From: Novakomyces olei
Taxonomy: Eukaryota
Assembly (NCBI GenBank): GCA_016906335.1
Contig: JADEYG010000007.1
Coordinates: 1,612,001-1,676,000 of the forward strand
Reading direction: 5' to 3'
Length of the DNA: 64,000 nt
A model generated the notes under the pieces. It was not told where the DNA came from, searched no databases, and saw only the letters and a list, made by a program, of their open reading frames with translations. Of the stretch, positions 61,375 through 64,000 are shown one piece after another (position 1 is the first letter of the stretch; the number at the start of each line of letters is the position of its first letter). A program made the translations under genes and the position numbers.

Positions 61375-62094
61375 CCCAGCGAGTGCAATGGCCTCCTTGT
61401 TTGGTGCTCCATGGATGTTTGAAAGCACCGACTAGAATTGAGTACTTTTGAAGCATTTTTAATTATGCATTGATCGGGGGTTTACTTGCATTAATATGCC
61501 ATTGCACTGTTACTGACCGGATAAAGAGCAATCTTCATACCAGCAATTGATATAATTTATGTTCATAATACCCTCATCATATTGACGTATACAAGTATTA
61601 TAGTTTCCATAATAAATCCCCTTGTTTTCTCACTCCTCCATTGCTTCCTTCTTTGCCGTGAAAGCGGGGATGCGTAATGGCATTGACCCGGATATTTTGG
61701 TTTCGAGCTGTCTGGTTCCATTTTCCTGTGTGAAAGTTATCCCGTATCCTTTCCCATTATCTAACCGCGTAAAGTATAATACAGGCTGTACGATTATCGC
61801 GCGTCTAAAGCCAACAAAGCTTTAAAACAAAAATCAAAAACGAAATTGGCTACATAAACAAAACACAGAGAAATCAATAAAAATCCTGTAAAATTGATTT
61901 TAAAATTAATCTTTGATAAAAAGAATTAATTAGATGAAGCGCCAAACAAGCACACATAATACGGATGTGTGTACAGGGCAGATTCATCAAAAGCTTGTTC
62001 AAGGAAAGGCAAGTTCTTTCCGTCTTGTTCAGCGTCGTTGCAGGCTTTCTTCCGGCTCCTGCGTTTCTTGAAACCACGAATAGGTCGTGTTCAA

Positions 62095-63565
62095 TCAAGT
62101 AGCATTATTCGTTGGCAGCTGGCCAGCAGCATTAAACAAGCTTGCCAATTGTGCATACTCTTCCTTTATCCAGTTCATCCCTCCCGGCTCAGTCCATATC
62201 CCCGGACCTTGCTCTAAGACTTTGGGCACAGGCGCCTATCGTATTAGAAGCCACATTGAAGAACAGAGAATTTTATAATGATATGTTAAATGATAGAAGA
62301 GCCAAATAACTTACATCGGGCTGTTTCATTCGATCACTAGCTAGAACAGCTAAATATTGTAAATTGGCATTCAACCGTTTCTGACATCTATATTCTATAA
62401 GTAGCTGTATCATGTAGGGAGCAAATAATAAGAGAACAGATAAAAAAGAGAAAAAGAAAAAGCACAAGGGAGATGTATTGACCTATCGTGCTATGCATAG
62501 CCTTGTATATGATAGCATTGTAAGAATTGAAAATGAACTTAGAAAGGAAGGAGAAAAGGAGTTTAGCAAGTGCAAAAGATATGTCATAATGATTATTCTT
62601 GAAAAAACTTTAAACCCAATTTAGTTTGAAATTAAAGCCATGTTTAAGTGTGAATCAAGTCAAACCAAATGGATCTATTGTCAAAGATCAAAAATAATAA
62701 ACATAAATAAAACTAATAAGATAAAGAAAATAAAATAAACAATAAGACCATACTCTGCTTTTCGTGCGTCAGCTTGTGCAGGCAAACTTATCGATGCTGG
62801 CTCTGCACTATTGCTTTGCCTCAATATTTCGGCAAACAGCTCGTTGTTTATTTTCAGTAAAAGTGTAACTTTCTCTGCCTCCTTGTACCCTCCACCCCGT
62901 TTCGACTCTAGCGAAGCTGATCGCCGAGCCGCCGGTGCAATAGGACTATGAGCCTGTAGCCCTAACGGCGCACCATTGCTGTATGAGCTTTGTGGCTTCG
63001 CGCTAAATTGCGCAGCAGCGGCCATTGTAGGGCTTTGACTGTAAGTGTAAGAATGAGCGTCCGTCCCATATCCCGAGGATTCTGCGCTCATTTTTTCACT
63101 TGAGGCTAAATTAGCTGCATTCATGGAGGGCGATTGCTGTGAAAAAGGTGGCGAACCGCTGCCTTGAAAGTAGCCTGCAGGGCTATAGTCGTTTGTATAT
63201 TGCTGTGCATTGGGTACATGGTAATTATCAGGCGTATTCTTGAAATAGCCTTGTCCTCCTCCTCCAGATGCTCCTGGAGTCCACGTTGTAGGCGTAACAG
63301 GTATGAAGTTTTGTATTTGTTGCTGCTGCCTTTGTGCTTGCTGCTGCTGCTGCTGTTGTTGGTGATGGTGCTGTTGTTGTTGCTGCCTTCGGAGTTCGGC
63401 ATTAGATGTACGAAGGTTTGCTGAGCCCGGAGAAGAAGGCCGAGTGAAAGATCCGCGGCCGCCTGTAGCTAAAGCCGAATAATTAAAAGGTATAAAACTG
63501 ACGCCTTGTTGCCGAGTCGCGTTATTGCCGCTGTGGTTGTTTGCGCCGGCCGATTGGGACGGCAT
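62095..63565 (-). CDS. Gln-rich protein with a C-terminal SSXT/SS18-like domain (candidate SWI/SNF subunit), 3 exons
   Basis: polyQ N-terminus; EKVTLLLKINNELF...E|YRCQKRLNANLQYLAVLASD|APVPKVL...EEYAQLASLF, spliced across two GT-AG introns. Confidence 0.7.
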
Positions 63566-64000
63566 GCGAGCAGCTAGCGCCGCTAGAAGCAGCAAAATAG
63601 GCGCGGCTCAGACTAGAAATAATATTGAACGGCAATAGTAGGGTGAAAGCTTAAAACAAAGACTGGACGACGAGATTGCGACAAGACAAGGAGAAATGCA
63701 CAGATAATCTCGATAATTGCTGGTGGATAGAGCGCAAGCTGTAATGATCAGTCGACGTACTTTAAAGGTGGCAGTACACTTTTCTAACCGATGAAATGGT
63801 TGACAATGGCCACTAAATCAAACAGATGCGCCCGTAAGTGAATGGCAAAAGTCACTGCAGAGCTCGAACGGGCGTCTGTTTTAATTATCTTATTCTAGCG
63901 CAATGAATTTGTGATACTCTCTTATTTGTGCGATTCCACCATCAATTGGATAATGTATAGGCGGCGTATACATGTATAAATAAATATATATATATATAAT

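Noticed and set aside
63751-63763. GTCGACGTACTT, resembling the yeast U3 snoRNA 5' end (preceded by an SRP-like GCTGTAATG)
   Set aside because: Box A (GGATCATTTCT) and the downstream U3 or SRP elements are absent.

Overview
Eukaryotic, fungal genomic DNA. Genes are compact, with short spliceosomal introns (GT-AG with CTAAC/CTAAT/CTGAC branch points just upstream of the acceptor) and AT-rich intergenic spacers. An HomolE+HomolD ribosomal-protein promoter, an Otg-like GT8 and Sep1-, Tea2- and Pkd2-like genes suggest Taphrinomycotina, possibly near the fission-yeast lineage (inference). About 28 protein genes can be supported: a sugar porter, a LigB/DODA dioxygenase, a Dal5-type MFS transporter, GFA/CENP-V, Mss4/Dss4, a Sep1/Hcm1 forkhead, a fasciclin, a Tea2/Kip2 kinesin, ROK1, CIA30, SPT3, an NAD(P)HX dehydratase, a GT14, RPL27, an MBOAT2/wax synthase, FLC/Pkd2, NSE4, RPN6, a stomatin, a GT8, a GABA/amino-acid permease, a methyltransferase, an SSXT/SS18-like protein and several orphans. 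I found no tRNA, rRNA, CRISPR array or intact transposon. The most notable observations are: (1) a 5-exon gene the ORF track does not assemble (17450-18238, minus strand), encoding a secreted stand-alone I9 protease-inhibitor-like domain with an acidic Cys-containing tail; (2) an intronless GT14 (Core-2/I-branching/xylosyltransferase) gene, unusual for Ascomycota; (3) a degenerate SABATH-like methyltransferase; (4) an NAD(P)HX dehydratase ending in a PTS1; (5) recurring telobox/AACCCT motifs in promoters. All family calls come from manual motif recognition, not database searches, and exon boundaries were read by eye.
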